Source: Antedon mediterranea
Taxonomy: Eukaryota > Animalia > Echinodermata
DNA: 64,000 nucleotides
Direction of reading: 5' to 3'
NCBI RefSeq assembly: GCF_964355755.1
Contig: NC_092673.1
Span: forward strand, 13,178,948-13,242,947
Position 1 is the first letter of the stretch. Every line of letters starts with the position of its first letter. The notes under the pieces are model-generated. The model saw only the letters and a program-made list of their open reading frames with translations. It was not told the DNA's origin and made no database searches. Positions 40,296 through 54,664 of this stretch are shown here, piece after piece. The position numbers were made by a program, and so were the translations under genes.

Positions 40296-41639
40296 TGCCT
40301 AAGAACTGCGCGGCAGTTTGTTTGAATGGAATAAGACTTGGATGAGATCTGAAACAATATCGAAAAACTATCGCCCAAGTCTCGGAGGATCTATAGGCCT
40401 AATACAATTGACCAGTATACCTTAAATACATTTTCAACCATCTTCCCTCTAATGAAAATTTTTTTTCAAAAAAGGCAAAGTTTTTATTTATTTTTGTGGT
40501 TCATGATAAACTAATAAAATAAATAAATAAATTCTTCCAACACTGCCGACTTCCAGTGAAGGAATGACGTAAACAACTGGCCCACTAATATGATAACTAA
40601 TACTTCCTAGCCTAACCTAATCGTATATTTTCCGAAATCGGACATGAAACACGGGCTATGTCGTTTCGTTCTGGAATCACGAGTCCAGCGGGTTAACATA
40701 CAAAACCCATTCACGTCACGACGTTGAACATTCATGTCACGAGCATGAATAATAATATTCTTATACTACAGTTTCATCTAGTATAGGCCAATCGTTCATT
40801 CGTCGAATATTAAATATAAAAAAAATAAAAATAATAAAATCCTAATCTACTATTCATCCCCAACTCTCGGAGAGAACATGAACTTATAAGAAACATTCAC
40901 GTTCTTATCCTCGAGACGGTGATGAATTGGCGAGGGCCGATACATTGAATGTAAATAAATAAACAACGCACGTCCAGATTCGCGTATTTTCGGCGTCATA
41001 TTTCGGCAGAAAAATATCGCGTTTAATTTTAATCCTCGTCGCCAATAAAGAGATTGCTATTCTCTTGGTTTAGTTACTTAACTACTATAAAAGACTACAA
41101 CGTAAAGTACTCACCATTATAATATAGTCTTTGACTGTATGATAATACAAGTGAGTAATAATAGTTTACGTCTAGGTTCCGTCGCTGACTTATCCAAGTG
41201 CCCTCAACGTAGTTGACGTTCCAAGGTATACGCACGGCGGAGCGCGTCCAGGTGTTTAGAACGACGCGCTTCACTTAAGCATTTGTAGCGGCACTACAAT
41301 ATATTTTACACTACCAGGCTGTTAATTCATAACAACGACATATTGAGTATGTAATACATTTATTGTAAAGTAAATCGGAATGAAATATTTACCCATTTCT
41401 TCTCGAACTTCTTTCAAATCTGCCATTTTACAATAATATTTTCGCTTGCGAGATGCAATTTTAAACGGACGACTTAATACGGTGACGTCATTCAAAAGGA
41501 ATATTCCATTATTATCGAGGGTTAATTCCATTATTACTATAACCTAAATTATTTTAAGGCCATTCCAACACGTGCGCTTAACGAATATTTTATTTTTCCT
41601 TTCCTTGACATAAAATGGTCGAATCATGAATTTTTAAGG

Positions 41640-42229
41640 AAAATTCCGCTCAATACGCCAGTTAAAAAATGTAGATCGCTTGACGACCATAGAAAATACA
41701 TTAATAAATGATGTTTTATCGAATAAAATAATGATTTCGCTTCAATTTATTACCAAATTCGATTTGTTTTGATCATGCGCAGTGGGTCAAAATACAACTT
41801 TTTTCACGAAAATTGATATTTTAGACTGATAAACCTGTCCGTACCAGCCTTTTTACGCATCAAATTAAAGCTTATTCAAAATCTGATAACATACAAAAGA
41901 AATCACTCCGCTAGCTCTGACGGCCATCAAGCAATCGTGTTTTGAAAACAGGCTAGGGGTTTTCCGAAAATTTTTTATCGCGCAAAAATTCGCCGGTTTG
42001 CGTTTTAGACTAATTTTGAAATGATGTTTTCGCTGGAAATACTTAATCAATTTTAATAAATAACACATGTAAGTAAACAATAAAACATACTCTTTCAATA
42101 TATTTAATTTTTATTAAAATACAATCAAAATTAGTGTAGACATTTTAACATCAAAGTTATATCACTTTATAGGATTTCGTCACTTTTTCAAAACTGTCAC
42201 AACGCATCGCGCGTTCATTGGGATACCTA
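41640..42229. mobile_element. Terminal region of the TAGGTATCCCAATG TIR family
   Basis: Ends CATTGGGATACCTA at 42229. About 550 bp resembles 17980-18549. Confidence 0.75.
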
Positions 42230-43037
42230 CTGGTAGCAGAATACAGTTTTGTGCCGCAAAATTTAAGAGGAAATGAACGAACAACTTGAAGTTTTTAAAG
42301 CTGATATGGTTTTTCCTCTCCTTCCACCTAGAAATAAATTCAGTAATTTTAAGCATCATAATTGTATTGAAATTATTTTCATTCAAAATAAAACGAAGAA
42401 CCAAAGAATTGTACACACAAGGAAGAGCTTCTACACCACAGGCATAGGCTCGGTGCTGTGGGGGTGGGGGTTGTGCAAAAATTAACCTCCTGACAAATAG
42501 AGCTACTAGGTCCCTGGAAATTGCACTTGTACCTATACATTAAAATATGAAACAAAATTAAAAAATCTATATGGGTTATAGTACTGAAATAAAATCATTA
42601 TTAAGTGCCAACTGGCCACCAGCCTGTAAAACCATGATTGAAATTTTATCCTCACAAGCAAGTGAATTTTATATAAAAAAATGTTAGATAATTAATTTTT
42701 TTCATTTAAAAGGTATAATTACCTGATTTCTTGCGGCAAGGTACAAGGCCATGTGTATTGTACCATTGTTTTAAGTTTTTTAAATTTTCTGCACTAATAC
42801 CTATTAGATGGAAAAAAGTGAATCAGCATATTCGTTTTCGAAAAAAGTACTATTGTTGTCTGGTTACATAACACAGTAAGTAGGTAGTTTAATAAATTAT
42901 AATCTTTATTATGAAAAGACATTTTTATTTAAACAAAAACTGTATTTAAATTAGCATCTTGTACCTCTAGTTATAATGTAAATTTAAAACAATTTGTTTT
43001 TATATTAATTAAAGTTTTTATATTTTGTATGAACCTT

Positions 43038-43280
43038 ATCTCTTCTTGTTCTTCCAGTGTGAATTGCCTATTGCATTTGTCCCCATTGTTCAGGGAACCG
43101 TTGCATTTGCATTCTTTCTTTTGAGGTTCAATGTTCTCCACGTCTTCTGCAATATTGATTGCTTCTTGAAACTCCTCATCTTCACTTTCTTCGTTAATAT
43201 TAATTTCATCTTCTATGACATTCCTTTCTTCTTCTTCGCCCTCTTCATCTTCCTCTTCATTCTCGTAATCTTCACTTAAT
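43038..43280 (-). pseudogene. Acidic plus Cys exon, probably the N-terminal region of a transposase (Sola-like)
   Basis: E/D-rich run followed by ECKCNG...KCNRQFTLEEQEEIR. Family assignment is weak. Confidence 0.35.
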
Positions 43281-44694
43281 AGAGGAGGTAAATTTTCAAT
43301 TAATGTATATTAAAATTATTTTAAAATTTATTTTGTTTATTTTATTATTAATTAGACCCTGGCCTGTATATTTTGTTAAAACTCTGGAATATCTATTTCT
43401 CAAGTGCGTGCTTCGTTTAACATTGTCGATAATTTGTTATCGTCATTTTCAGACATAATTGAGGACTGTGGTACACAACGTCAAACAAAAATAACACAAA
43501 ATCTAAGTAAGAATTATTGTCTGCAATGATGCTTAAATTTCCTGCAACGCAAATAAAAAACAGTTGCGCGCGGCAAGTCTTGGCAACATACCCAGTTGTC
43601 GCCTTCGAAAAAACTTCGGGGCAGATTTTTCCGAATGTGTTTGTCATAGTAAAATGAAATTCCATTGGCCTATTGTCATAGTCTCCGCCCCAGAACTTCT
43701 ATATTTGGAAAGTCAAATGCTATAAGCTTTATTATGATGTGCGGCTCGTGGTAATGGCGGCTTACATTGTGATGGTAGAATGCAGTAAAAATTTGCATGT
43801 TTCAACAGTTTTCACACATATATTAGTATGAAATGAAGAAATGTTATTACTATCAAGTAAACTACATGTTTTAAAACACATTATTTTGACACATTTTTAT
43901 AAAGATTTCAATGAAGGTAGATGTATTCTTAAATAGTTCAATATTTTGAAAATGAAATATGCCTGGGTAGCCGATTTTGACATATATTGGCTGATAATGT
44001 GGTTTTCGAAATGCCGACAACGAGAGGGTTTTGCCAGATCGGGTCACAATTATTTTTTTTCATATAAAACGATTTTATTAGGCCAGTTAGTGCCACATCC
44101 ATTTTTAAAAATTGATTATATTTATTATGTTTTATTTATAGTGGGGCTCCTAGACCCAAATTACTTCAAATTTGGGTAGAAGCATGACATTTGGTATGAC
44201 TCGTAAACCGTACATCCTAGAACTACGAAAATAATGGCAAATGATGCAGAAGTACTACTTTCTATTCATTTTTAATATAAACATATGCATTTAATTCATT
44301 ATGTGAGTTAATAACAAATAATAGATCTGGGCCTATCGGGTAAACATTCAAAATGGTAAAAAGATGCACTAATGTGATATTTGACCGTGTTGACACCGTA
44401 TTGGTGAATGGTCATAGAAATATTAAAAAGGAAACTTTTTCATTAATATGTTGTTGGTTTAACGCTCCGGCACAAAAGAAATAACAATTAAAATAGATAC
44501 TGTATAAAACATTTGGTACCCAAATCAAATATGTGTAATGAAAATTATGCTTCCATACCTATTTGATCCGAAAAAATTACTAGGGTAATAATGTGCAATA
44601 AGCGCTATATAAGAATGAATATTATTATTTATTATTAACTTTAAATTACAGCTATATGTTAATTACTGGTTGCTGGTCATAATCTATACCATAC

Positions 44695-46330
44695 CATGCT
44701 TGGGCAACTGCATAGGTGACTACATGGTAACTTTGACCCAATACACTTGCACCGACCATGACAGTATTACAACCACATTTTGCACATTGAAGCTAGAAGT
44801 AAATGATCAGACCAATGTATGACCCATTTATTGTCTACTTCTTTGTTGAGAAAGGTGCAGGATTGGTCAAATGGGCAGTGGGTCTACTTTTAGCAGTGTT
44901 GTAGGATGGGTGTTTTTTTGCTTATTTGCTGCTTTTTTTATGAAAAAAAAAACAAGCTAATTTGCTTATTTGCAGTTATACTGTGTAAGTATGCTGTTTT
45001 TGAGCTGGTATTGTTGTGCAAGGCCTTGGTTAGGATAGGTCGGAAATGTGGTGGGGCGCTTCCTTCTGTTTGGTGTTGTTTTCCGGCCCTCTGTAACCTT
45101 TTCATAACTGAACATCTTTCTTAAGCTGCTATTCCTGCTTATTTTCCTGTAAACGCTACGATCTTTTCATTGTTGAACTTGTTGTTTTAGCTGTTAATTC
45201 CGCTTAAGCACTAACAACACACCTGATTGCTGTCTTGGTGCTGTAAATGCTATTATCTTTTCATTTCTGAACTAATTTGGTGGTGACGTATTGCTGGTGT
45301 CTGAGTACCACCAAGGTCACCAATGCTTTAGAGTAGATTTATTAAAGTCGTTATTTTGAAACTTATTAATTTTCAATAAAAACAATTATGTGGAGAAAGA
45401 ACTGCAACTCTTTCATGCCCTACATTACTTTACTTCACTTTACAAATCATCAAAATAATGACACATTAACTACAGAAGTCATTTATCATTCAATGCATTT
45501 CACATTAATCTTTAAAACAAATTTGAATTACAAACATACAAATTTAAAAAAATCAACAGTCATGCAAAAGAAAAAGACCAAAATGCTGTTCCATTGTGTT
45601 GTAGTATTTACTAATTTGAACAGTTGTCGGTGTCGTCTATTCAGAGGTAGTTGGGAGCTTCCTTTTTTTGGAAGAGCATGTGTTGTAATCTTCCTCAGTG
45701 ATGTTGAGGGACAGAAAAACCTGTCTGGTAAATCAGTAAAGGTACATTTAACAAAACGCTGCACACCATTGTCACTTAAGGAAATTCGGCCAAATCCAAT
45801 TTCTGACAATTTCCTCTGGCATTCCACTGTGCTAGACGTGGGATACGCATTCCATTTAGCGGATTTGTCCGAACTGTGGGCTACATCTGGTCTTGCTGTA
45901 GGTGGCATCAAATTTACCAGCAACCAGCTTTATATTCTCGCTCAGGGATGAATTTGGTCAACAATTTGGCAACTTTACAGGGGTGTTTCTTGGTGATATT
46001 ACCGAAAATTCCTTTATGTTTCTCTTCTTCTGCTGCAAGTGCTACTCCTGCAGTTGGCGCCATATTTTTGAATTTATGCTCAATGCACAATTCGACTGTT
46101 GCAATGGCATACTTCATTGTGGATTCTTTAATTTCTGTACATGACTGTGTGTCTTCGCTCACCCAAGGCTGACTCGGTGTAGGAGTCGACTGTACATCGT
46201 CCACTTCATTTTCTATGTCCAGTATTGAATTGAACAATGCTTCTAACACCATGGCTAGTCTTGCTACCTGGCCCGTGAGATTTTGCTAAAACCCCTTTGT
46301 GGTCGTCACAAAATTCTAACTGCAAAACAG
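44695..46330 (-). pseudogene. Degenerate TE-like coding fragments, including a CXC-type Cys cluster
   Basis: ORFs 45914..46252 and 45528..45923 abut across a frameshift. CHGRCKCIGSKLPCSHLCSC at about 44703-44765 resembles Academ-type C-termini. Confidence 0.4.
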
Positions 46331-46599
46331 AAAAAATGAAATGCAATTTATTTACAGACTGAGAAAGGTGGAGGAAGATTACCTTGTTCAAAAAATATTA
46401 TATTGGTCACTAGTGAATGTTCAGAGGAATTACATTGGTCATACATTATATGGGTATTGCTAAACTTTGAAAAACTTGCTAATCAAGTTAGTTTTTTTAT
46501 TTGGTGTTACATTGACTAAACTTTGCCTACCCAAGATTTCCATCAATAAACAACACTGGGGTTCATTAAATAATTTAAATATCTTTATTTTTAATGTTT

Positions 46600-47720
46600 T
46601 TTGTACATGAAATCTGATCCATTAAAAAAATATTTGAACACAGTTTGTTGTTGCTGTTATCTTTAACATTGGTTGAATATAAAAATAAACGTATTGCGTA
46701 TTACTATGTAACAATAACCAAAATGGACCAAAAATAATGCTCTTACTAAAGAAATTATTTCAGAGGACATACAATCATGTAATACACTCTCTACTTTCAA
46801 ATTAACCTTTTCTTTAGAATTACTTATGAAATCAATTATATCTTTATTATGAAAATAAATAGTACCAGCACGATAACAATTTTTAATAAACTTCATTCGA
46901 AATGAAGAAATGACAGATTTTATTTTCCTTTTAAAACAATATCCCTCCCATTCTTGCCTAACCCAATTCTTTTGATCCCCTTGGCCCTAAAACTTCATAA
47001 GCTGTTCTGATTACCCTAGATGTTGCTGATTTCCCACCTGATTGAAACCTTGCAAACTTCCCAAAAGCATCCCAACCCAATCCTACGTCTAATGAATCAA
47101 TTAATTCTTTTTCAGAATTTTTAAAAATAAAATCTGATTTATTTGTTCTTGTTTAAGACAAAAAATGAGCATTACAAAAAATATCAAATCAGTGCATTTG
47201 ATTTTTTTAAATTTTCTTAAATTATAATATATTTGCTCAAGATTTGTTACAGATTTATCCCTCTTCAATAACCTTTTTTCCATAATGGAAATATGTCGTT
47301 GCTTTCTTGTTAAGGCTTTCCAACCCTTCCTACTTTTTATTCCTTTTAATGTTGTATTTTAAATTTTAACTACTTCACACAAGATATTACAATCGTCATT
47401 TTTATGCTTTAGTTCTTTTTCTTGGTTTACCTCTTCCAACTTACATTCCATGTCTTAAAATGTCACATCTATTACTTTAAATTCTCAAGCATAATTTTCT
47501 GTTCTTTATTTAATCTGTACTCTACTTTTGGCTTTTCTAATTTACTTGTTCTGTTTCGTTCTACCACACTCTAACGTTTGCCTCTTGGTCTCCGTTACTC
47601 CCCTCTTTATACCAGACTTTGTAAATCTCTCTGGCCACAAGTTGACTCGGCTGAATAGAGTAAACCTATGAAAGTTCATAAAGAACTCCCTCGTTATTGG
47701 AAGAAACTGATTTTCTGGTT
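46600..47720 (-). mobile_element. More decayed relative of the 32.6-35.7 kb transposase
   Basis: AGTIYFHNKDIIDFI...NLKVESVLHDCMSSEIISLVRAL, with clear nucleotide similarity to 33900-34400. Confidence 0.85.
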
Positions 47721-50700
47721 GTTTTTTTAAACGACTGATGATCTGAGATTAGTATGAAAGGAAGAACAAACTCAAAATGTTTAACCACAGTAGGCCTATC
47801 TACATACCCAAAAACAAGAGATCATGTTCTAATACTCTTGGCGCTTTTCTGCTGAATTTGGAATCTTTGAAAGCATCCTAACGATCATGCTCTTCCAGCT
47901 AATAAACTCATTTTCTGGTTACATTTTATACAAAATGTCTTCAATCTATAATATAAAAATATTTCAATGCTACAGTGTACGTTTTTAAATAGAACAATGA
48001 GTTTATAGTAATATTAATAAAAAATATACTGGTTAGGCCTAGTTTTCATCTACTTTATTTATTTATTTTATTCAATTTTTAGGCACAAAAATACATGACA
48101 GCAAGATAGCGGTGCAGCACCCTGAGGATTGCCATGAGTGCAAAGCACTCTCGAGATGGCTCTCCATATACTGCACTTGAACATATAAACAATAAAAATA
48201 CAAAGATATAAAAATTTAAAAATTGCAAGGCATCAAATTGAACAATCATTAAAATTGAATCTAAAAATATATAAATATTATGTACAGATATGAAATGAAA
48301 TATTATTATTATTATTTACCCTTTGCCATGGCTTTCCAGATGCATCTTTTGCAAAATGAATGAATAATTTCTTTAAACGTAACTGTTGCCTTCCTCGATA
48401 CCATTGGCCTGCCACTGCCCCTTTAAAAGTGTGTGTTAAAAAACACCAAACCATCATCATCTGTGTAGGTGTTTAATAAAGTATGTCTATTTAAAACAAA
48501 TAATTAGAGGAAACGTATAGAGACCAGGCATCAAGTAGTAGTACTTAAACCAATGCTTCTGGAGTTTTTTTCCTTTCCTAAAATATTGGAATGATTATTC
48601 TTTTGTATCATTCATCAAGTATACCTGCAATAGTACCCGTCATCAGGATTTACTTCTTTAAATTCTTTTTCTCATCCTCACTCTCTAAATCAGATAAATC
48701 ATCCTGAAAGTGACATTTTGAAGAATCATCGCTTACATTTTGTGTAAACCGCCTGAACTAAATTATTGTCAAAATTGAATTGCTTTCTCCAACATTTCAT
48801 TAGCCCCTTTGATGTCTATGAAGATCAGTTATATGAATAAATTTCTTTTTTGATACTGATGTCTTTTCTAATTTAACTTGCCCGGTCTGCCACTGCCTTT
48901 GTTAAAAAAAATCCCATTATCTGTATTGTTTTTTTTAAAGTAGTCTTACTATCTATTAAATAAAAATTAACCACTACCCCTGAATGGAGCTACTACTAGG
49001 CCTAAGGTTGAAGTCATTTATTAGCTCTACCAGAATCAAAGAATTATTTCCAGATGAAAAATATTGTCGTCTTTTCCACTTAATTGTTAGTAATTGAGGT
49101 TGCAAAGTTACAAATATATCAGAACCTTTCAAACCATACCTTCATATAATTTTCTGTATTCTTTTGCCTCTGTAGTTCTGTTTTTTTGTTTGTCCCTTTT
49201 GGCCTTGTATTGCAATGATCGCATAAAAGTATGCCTCAAAAATGTTAGTTTGCAGTTAGGGTGTACAGATAATAAATTTCTTTTTGTGTTAACATAGAAA
49301 CATAGTAGAAGCAGCAGAGATAATATTTTTTAATGAACAACATTATATTTAGATTTGAAATTTGTTGGAGTGCAATTGTTTTATATGGTTTTATATTTGA
49401 TGGCATTGCTCTTGAATCCCATTATCTCACAGATTTTCAAAATACCAAACTTACCAGCTCTGTGGAATGAGTTGCAATCCCAAACAAGAAATTCAACTAA
49501 TTAAGTGAAGGACTGCATTTCAACATGAGATGAAAATGACTGTTTAAAGGCAATTATTTGATCCTAACCAGAGTCTTCTCAATATGTGATGGTTTCTGAG
49601 ATTTTGACTACTGTATAATATAAAGAACAGAAGAAAGAGGTCGACTTAAATGTTCTACAACGATACATACGAATATGAATTTCAAACCAAAAAGTATCAA
49701 CTGAAAAAAAAAGGAATACAAAATGTAACAAATTCAATTTGTGCTATAAAATACAGTCGTTATGTGTTCTTCAATCAATTAATCAAGGACATGCATCTTC
49801 ATCAATTGAGGTATGAAATAGCATGTGCCAAAGAGCTTAATAATAAAAAGACTCTAGCATAAACTTCTATATGGTATCTGAAGGACTTAAAAAGTACACA
49901 TATGTATTCTCTCAAGTTATGTTGCACAATAGAAGAAAAAAAAGAGGTTGGCTTAATACAGAAATGCATAGCAATTTATAATTTAGATGGTTTCACAGAG
50001 TGGAAGTTGTTATTGAAAAGAGCTGACATTGTCCCTTTATAAACACTACTCAATCACAGCCATGCTGTCTCCAGTATTGAAATGGAAAGTTACCACATTA
50101 TATACAAATACATACAATTTGAGATGGTCTTAAAAAAGTGGAAGTTGAGTTTAAAAAAGAGCCAACATGTTTCTCTCGCAAGTGCACTTCACCAAAGTCT
50201 AATCAAATCATTACAAGTTGTAAAAAAGATGAGATATTGGGGTCTTAAGAGCTTTGCTTAAAATTAACCATTTATTACAATACATATAAGAAAGTATTAA
50301 ATACAAATTATGCTATGGAAAAATAATAAATATACAGCTATGTAATAACATAATTATCTGAAAATGTGATTTTACTTAATGAAAAAAGGAATTTTAGCAT
50401 AACATTGTACATAAAGAAATTTCAAAACAAGAGGCAAAAATATAAAATGTAATAATCATTGCAATACTGGCTGAAATTTAACAACACCTTCTGTTGAATC
50501 CTTTCAGATACTTTCCCACTTTCTTTTCATGTTTTCTTTGGGAGTGAAATTCGAATTTTTGTTTTCTTTTAATCGGTGCCTTAAGATTGATCTTTAATTG
50601 GTTATCACCTAAGATGACACCACACTATGCTTATCCTGACAAATTCAGATAAGTTAAATATTATTTTTGGATTTAAGAACAAACCCACAAGTTTTGTTTT

Positions 50701-52989
50701 CATTTTATTAAATTTTGTATATATACAAAGCAAAAATGTGTAAGAACCCAAACGTAACCGAGTTAAAATGGGAACTTAAGAAACGAATTAATGTTAAAAC
50801 ATACTCTTGTACTATAAATCAAAATAAGACATCCGTTTTAAACAAGAGTATTTTTAAATATTCTTTGTGGCTTTCGGAGGCAGAATTATTAAATGATATT
50901 TTACTGTATTATCCATGCCAAAGTGTACATTCATTCTTTGTTTCCTATGTATACTTTTTAATATTTTTCTTCTTGTCTTTCAAATGATTCATATTAATCA
51001 TTCTTTCTTCTTCAACTTTTTTTTCATTTTACTTGTTAATATCTCAACCTTGCTCATTTTCTTTGTATAGCCCAGTGAACTTTCCTGGGCATAGTGTAGC
51101 ATAGTCATCTCTTGTATAAAAGTAAAACGCTGGTTGGCTTTAAAAAAAGAATAATAATCTCTTCTAACCAATTTTGCTATAGAGAAATTTATTACTGTGT
51201 TGTTGATCAACGTTTATTCACCATTTATTCTGCAGATAGTGTGGCTCCTTGTTTTTCACGTTGTAATAAGATACAATTTTGTCTGATAATTTACTGTTTA
51301 TCACTGCAATGATGGTGCACATACTTTAGCCACAACTTTTTATCTATGAATTTATAAACTCGCATTCTTTCTTTATTTCTTGCTCACAATAAGCTGCAAT
51401 AAAACAATATTGAACCAAGGGGCTAAAAGTACAGTTCATATGAATCTCTTGAGCAACGAAATAGCAAATTGCATCAACACACTCCACTGGGACATGAATA
51501 CCACTGATTTCGCATCGTGATATTCTACAAAACACTTGATTTTCATGTTCCCACCTAAATATCTCGGCTATTATAAATCGGATTCTTTTGGTTAGTAGCT
51601 CAAAATAAACTGTAGACAATACTGAACATTATTATATATGTTTGAAATTGTAAAGTTACAAAAAGTACGTGTCATTTTACGTTTTAAAACTTGCCATCCA
51701 TTGCCCGCTGACAGTGTGAGGTCAATTTTTTACCTATTTTCTAAAGCACCATAGTGTTTTATTTGCAATTTAAGATCACTTGTATGTCATCAATCATTTT
51801 GGTTAGTTTCTTAAAAGGAAGCTGAATATTCATAGATTCCTTACATACTTTTCTTATGAGCATTGGCTTAAAATAGACTGTGTCAAAATAGCAAAATCTA
51901 TTTTGAACAAATCTAAAAAATCCTCAAAAACGTGGCAAAATTCAAATAGGGTTTGCCTGTGTTATCAAGCCTTCACTTGACAGACCGTTGGATTGTAGCT
52001 AAGTTTGGGGTTAACTTTTCATTATATAATTTGTAAGTAGCATTTTAATTTTTATATCATTCTAATGTTTGATATATAAAGAACAATTATTAGGTGTTAT
52101 TTAGTTCTATATATCGTGTTTTATAATCACAATTGCAAAATTAAGATACCTATTTTTTAATGCCAGCGAGCTCGTGTAGATATCTCGACATCCTTTGGGC
52201 TCAACATATGTCTACCTGGATGATCAAATATGATATGAACTTCTAAAGCTCTATATTTATCAAATGGTTTTTTAACCCATTGCCTGAAAATGAAATTGAA
52301 ATAATCAATTCATTTGTCATGGGTTGGTAGGTAGAGGCTTGTGAGTATGAATGACAATCATACCTTATGCTATGTAAGCTGTTTCTGTATCTGTGCTAAC
52401 ATATGTATCTGCAAAAGATTCTCGATATACATATTATTTTTTCAGGGGGACAGTATATCTCCTAATTTTTGTCTGCTCGTTGAATTTTTCTTTTTGTTCT
52501 ATGCTTGATAGAACGGCTGGGATTTTCTTGGATAAAGACAGAATTTTGTCCTTTCCTGATATAAAAATCTTACAATCTGGCAATATGAGTAAGATTAAGT
52601 ATGGTGGAAATTAGGCTAAGTTTTTTTTTCTTATTCAGCAGTCTGGTTTAGTGGCCGACTGTTTGTAAAATAAAATCTTCAATATCACCTTTAAATGCTT
52701 TTCTTACACGGCAGCATCAGTTGGTGTCCATCTTGTATTGCACAATTTGTTAAAAACCTCATTTTGGTCTGCTTGTTGAATATCACTGAAAAAAGTTTTA
52801 TCTTGTGTTTTGATAGCCTTTGTTATTTCTAAAATTAAAATATCAACAAAATAATTGTTTAACTTTTGTGAGTGATAACAATAATATCGACTCCATATGC
52901 AATAATAATTTCCAGTTACATACTTACAGTTTTGCTATTTAATTAAGGTATATAAATGAATTTTATGTAAAATGCCACCTAAAAAACAG

Positions 52990-53370
52990 TATCGAGCTCT
53001 GCTTAGGAAATGGTCAACTACCCAGTCTCCCTTTGGGTGATATTTAGATTCCCTCGACCATAGCAACTGTTGTAGATAACCAAGATAACTTCATCCGTAA
53101 AGTTTACCCATCTCTTCATACCAACTATAAAATCAAGTGTTGCAGGCCAAAGAGCAGTACTTGAACCAAGAAATGATGCTGGATGATATGAATTTTCAGC
53201 TTTTACAGGAAATCCTATTTTTCTATTGACACTGCACCTGAACTCTCTTTCCTTGCCAGGTGTACCACAACACAAACTTACTTTACGAGTTGGTGCTCCC
53301 ATTATGCTGCTTAGAAATTTAGATCCACCGAAAATAACTATGTAACGGCACAAGACTTTCAGTAAAAGCA
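52990..53370 (+). mobile_element. Helitron Pif1 helicase fragment (continues at 61017)
   Basis: SLSLPGVPQHKLTLRVGAPIMLLRNLDPP(fs)LCNGTRLSVK, resuming LMTNDIEAK after the 7.6-kb insertion. Confidence 0.85.
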
Positions 53371-54664
53371 CCCGCTGAAAAAAAGTTCGACGTCGAACTT
53401 GCAGTTAGTTACCGACAGTAATTCGATAGTATTTAGACAATGCGTCGATACTAAATCGACAGTATTTTAAGGATCTTTAAACAATAGAAGGAAGCAAAAA
53501 CTAATTGGATTTACTATAAATAAACAGTTGGCACGCGCTATCCTAATTAAGGCGGTTTATTCAAAAGCAGTGTTTTCTTTGAAGAATGACAATACGCCGT
53601 CACATCGGTGACTTCCCTTACCCGCCTGATAAGATGATCCGCCCACACCATGTGCCGCATGTTGACCGACTATTAGCGTCCGATGTTTACAATTACAATC
53701 TTTGTGCGAGAAAATAAAACTTGGACCGTTCGACGAGCCTGTACAGAGCTGACGTCTTTTTTGTATATATACAATACACGTATAGGCCTAGCTTGCCGAG
53801 TACCTAGCCTACACTAGTATTAATAATATATTTATATAATGTATATTAATAAAAAATATAAAAAAATATATCAAATACTGTACATCACAGGACACGGTAC
53901 AGAATTCCATTACGTTCTGTATAACTCCCAACCCAACACGTTTTATTAGCAAGGGCATGCCACGTTTGCATTAGCCTGTCCAGGGAGTTACAACTCCCTG
54001 GCCTGTCTATTTGCATGTTTCCTCGATTTTCAACTTAACCACCGGCAATTACAGTATTGTGAAAAAATATATATACCCGATAACGTATACATAGTCTTAC
54101 GGTTCTTTTGAAAATGTATTCATAAACACGCCCCATATCATTATCATAACAACCCATCCTCTTTATAGTTTCGTAAAATAGTATAGTCCATTTTATAGAC
54201 CTAACATGTTCCTAGCGCAGCACATGGTTTAACAGCAACGCATAGACTTCTCCCTTTTTAGCGGCGGCGTGTTAAAGACATTTTTGGCATTCCAGGAAAT
54301 AGCCTATCCACTACTGCAACGTCATACTTCGTCACTAAATTTCTGTGTTTTTTTTATATTTTGAGTTCGTTTGGCTCAATCTCACTCAGACCAGGGAGTT
54401 GTAAAATAAGACAATATTTTTATTGTTAACAACAAACAGTAACGTAGGCCTATGTATGATTATGAAACTAATTTTAAATACATTTTGGTAATTAAACATT
54501 TATTAATTAAGTATATTTCTTCTATCCAGAGAATTCGACTAGAGCGCAAAACACATGTGATCGCCGCTGAGCTAGCGCGAAACTATAGCCTACTGCTGAC
54601 ACTGTTGATGAAAAAATGTTAATGTTTTGCCAATTTTGTCAGCAGAAACGGACAGGTACTATAC

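Larger units (their letters stand above)
36758..41298 (-). mobile_element. Gypsy-like LTR retrotransposon, internally deleted (no pol)
   Basis: About 252-bp direct repeats at 36758-37010 and 41046-41298, starting TGTAGTG on the minus strand (about 6 mismatches). Purine tract AAGGAGGAA before the 3' copy. CA-T-TGGTGAC (LTR end plus PBS) at 39854-39845 implies a 5' LTR of about 1.45 kb and a truncated 3' LTR. Confidence 0.8.

Noticed and set aside
47800-52900. Short ORFs in the AT-rich stretch as host exons
   Set aside because: No recognisable motifs or consistent splice pattern; probably old TE debris.
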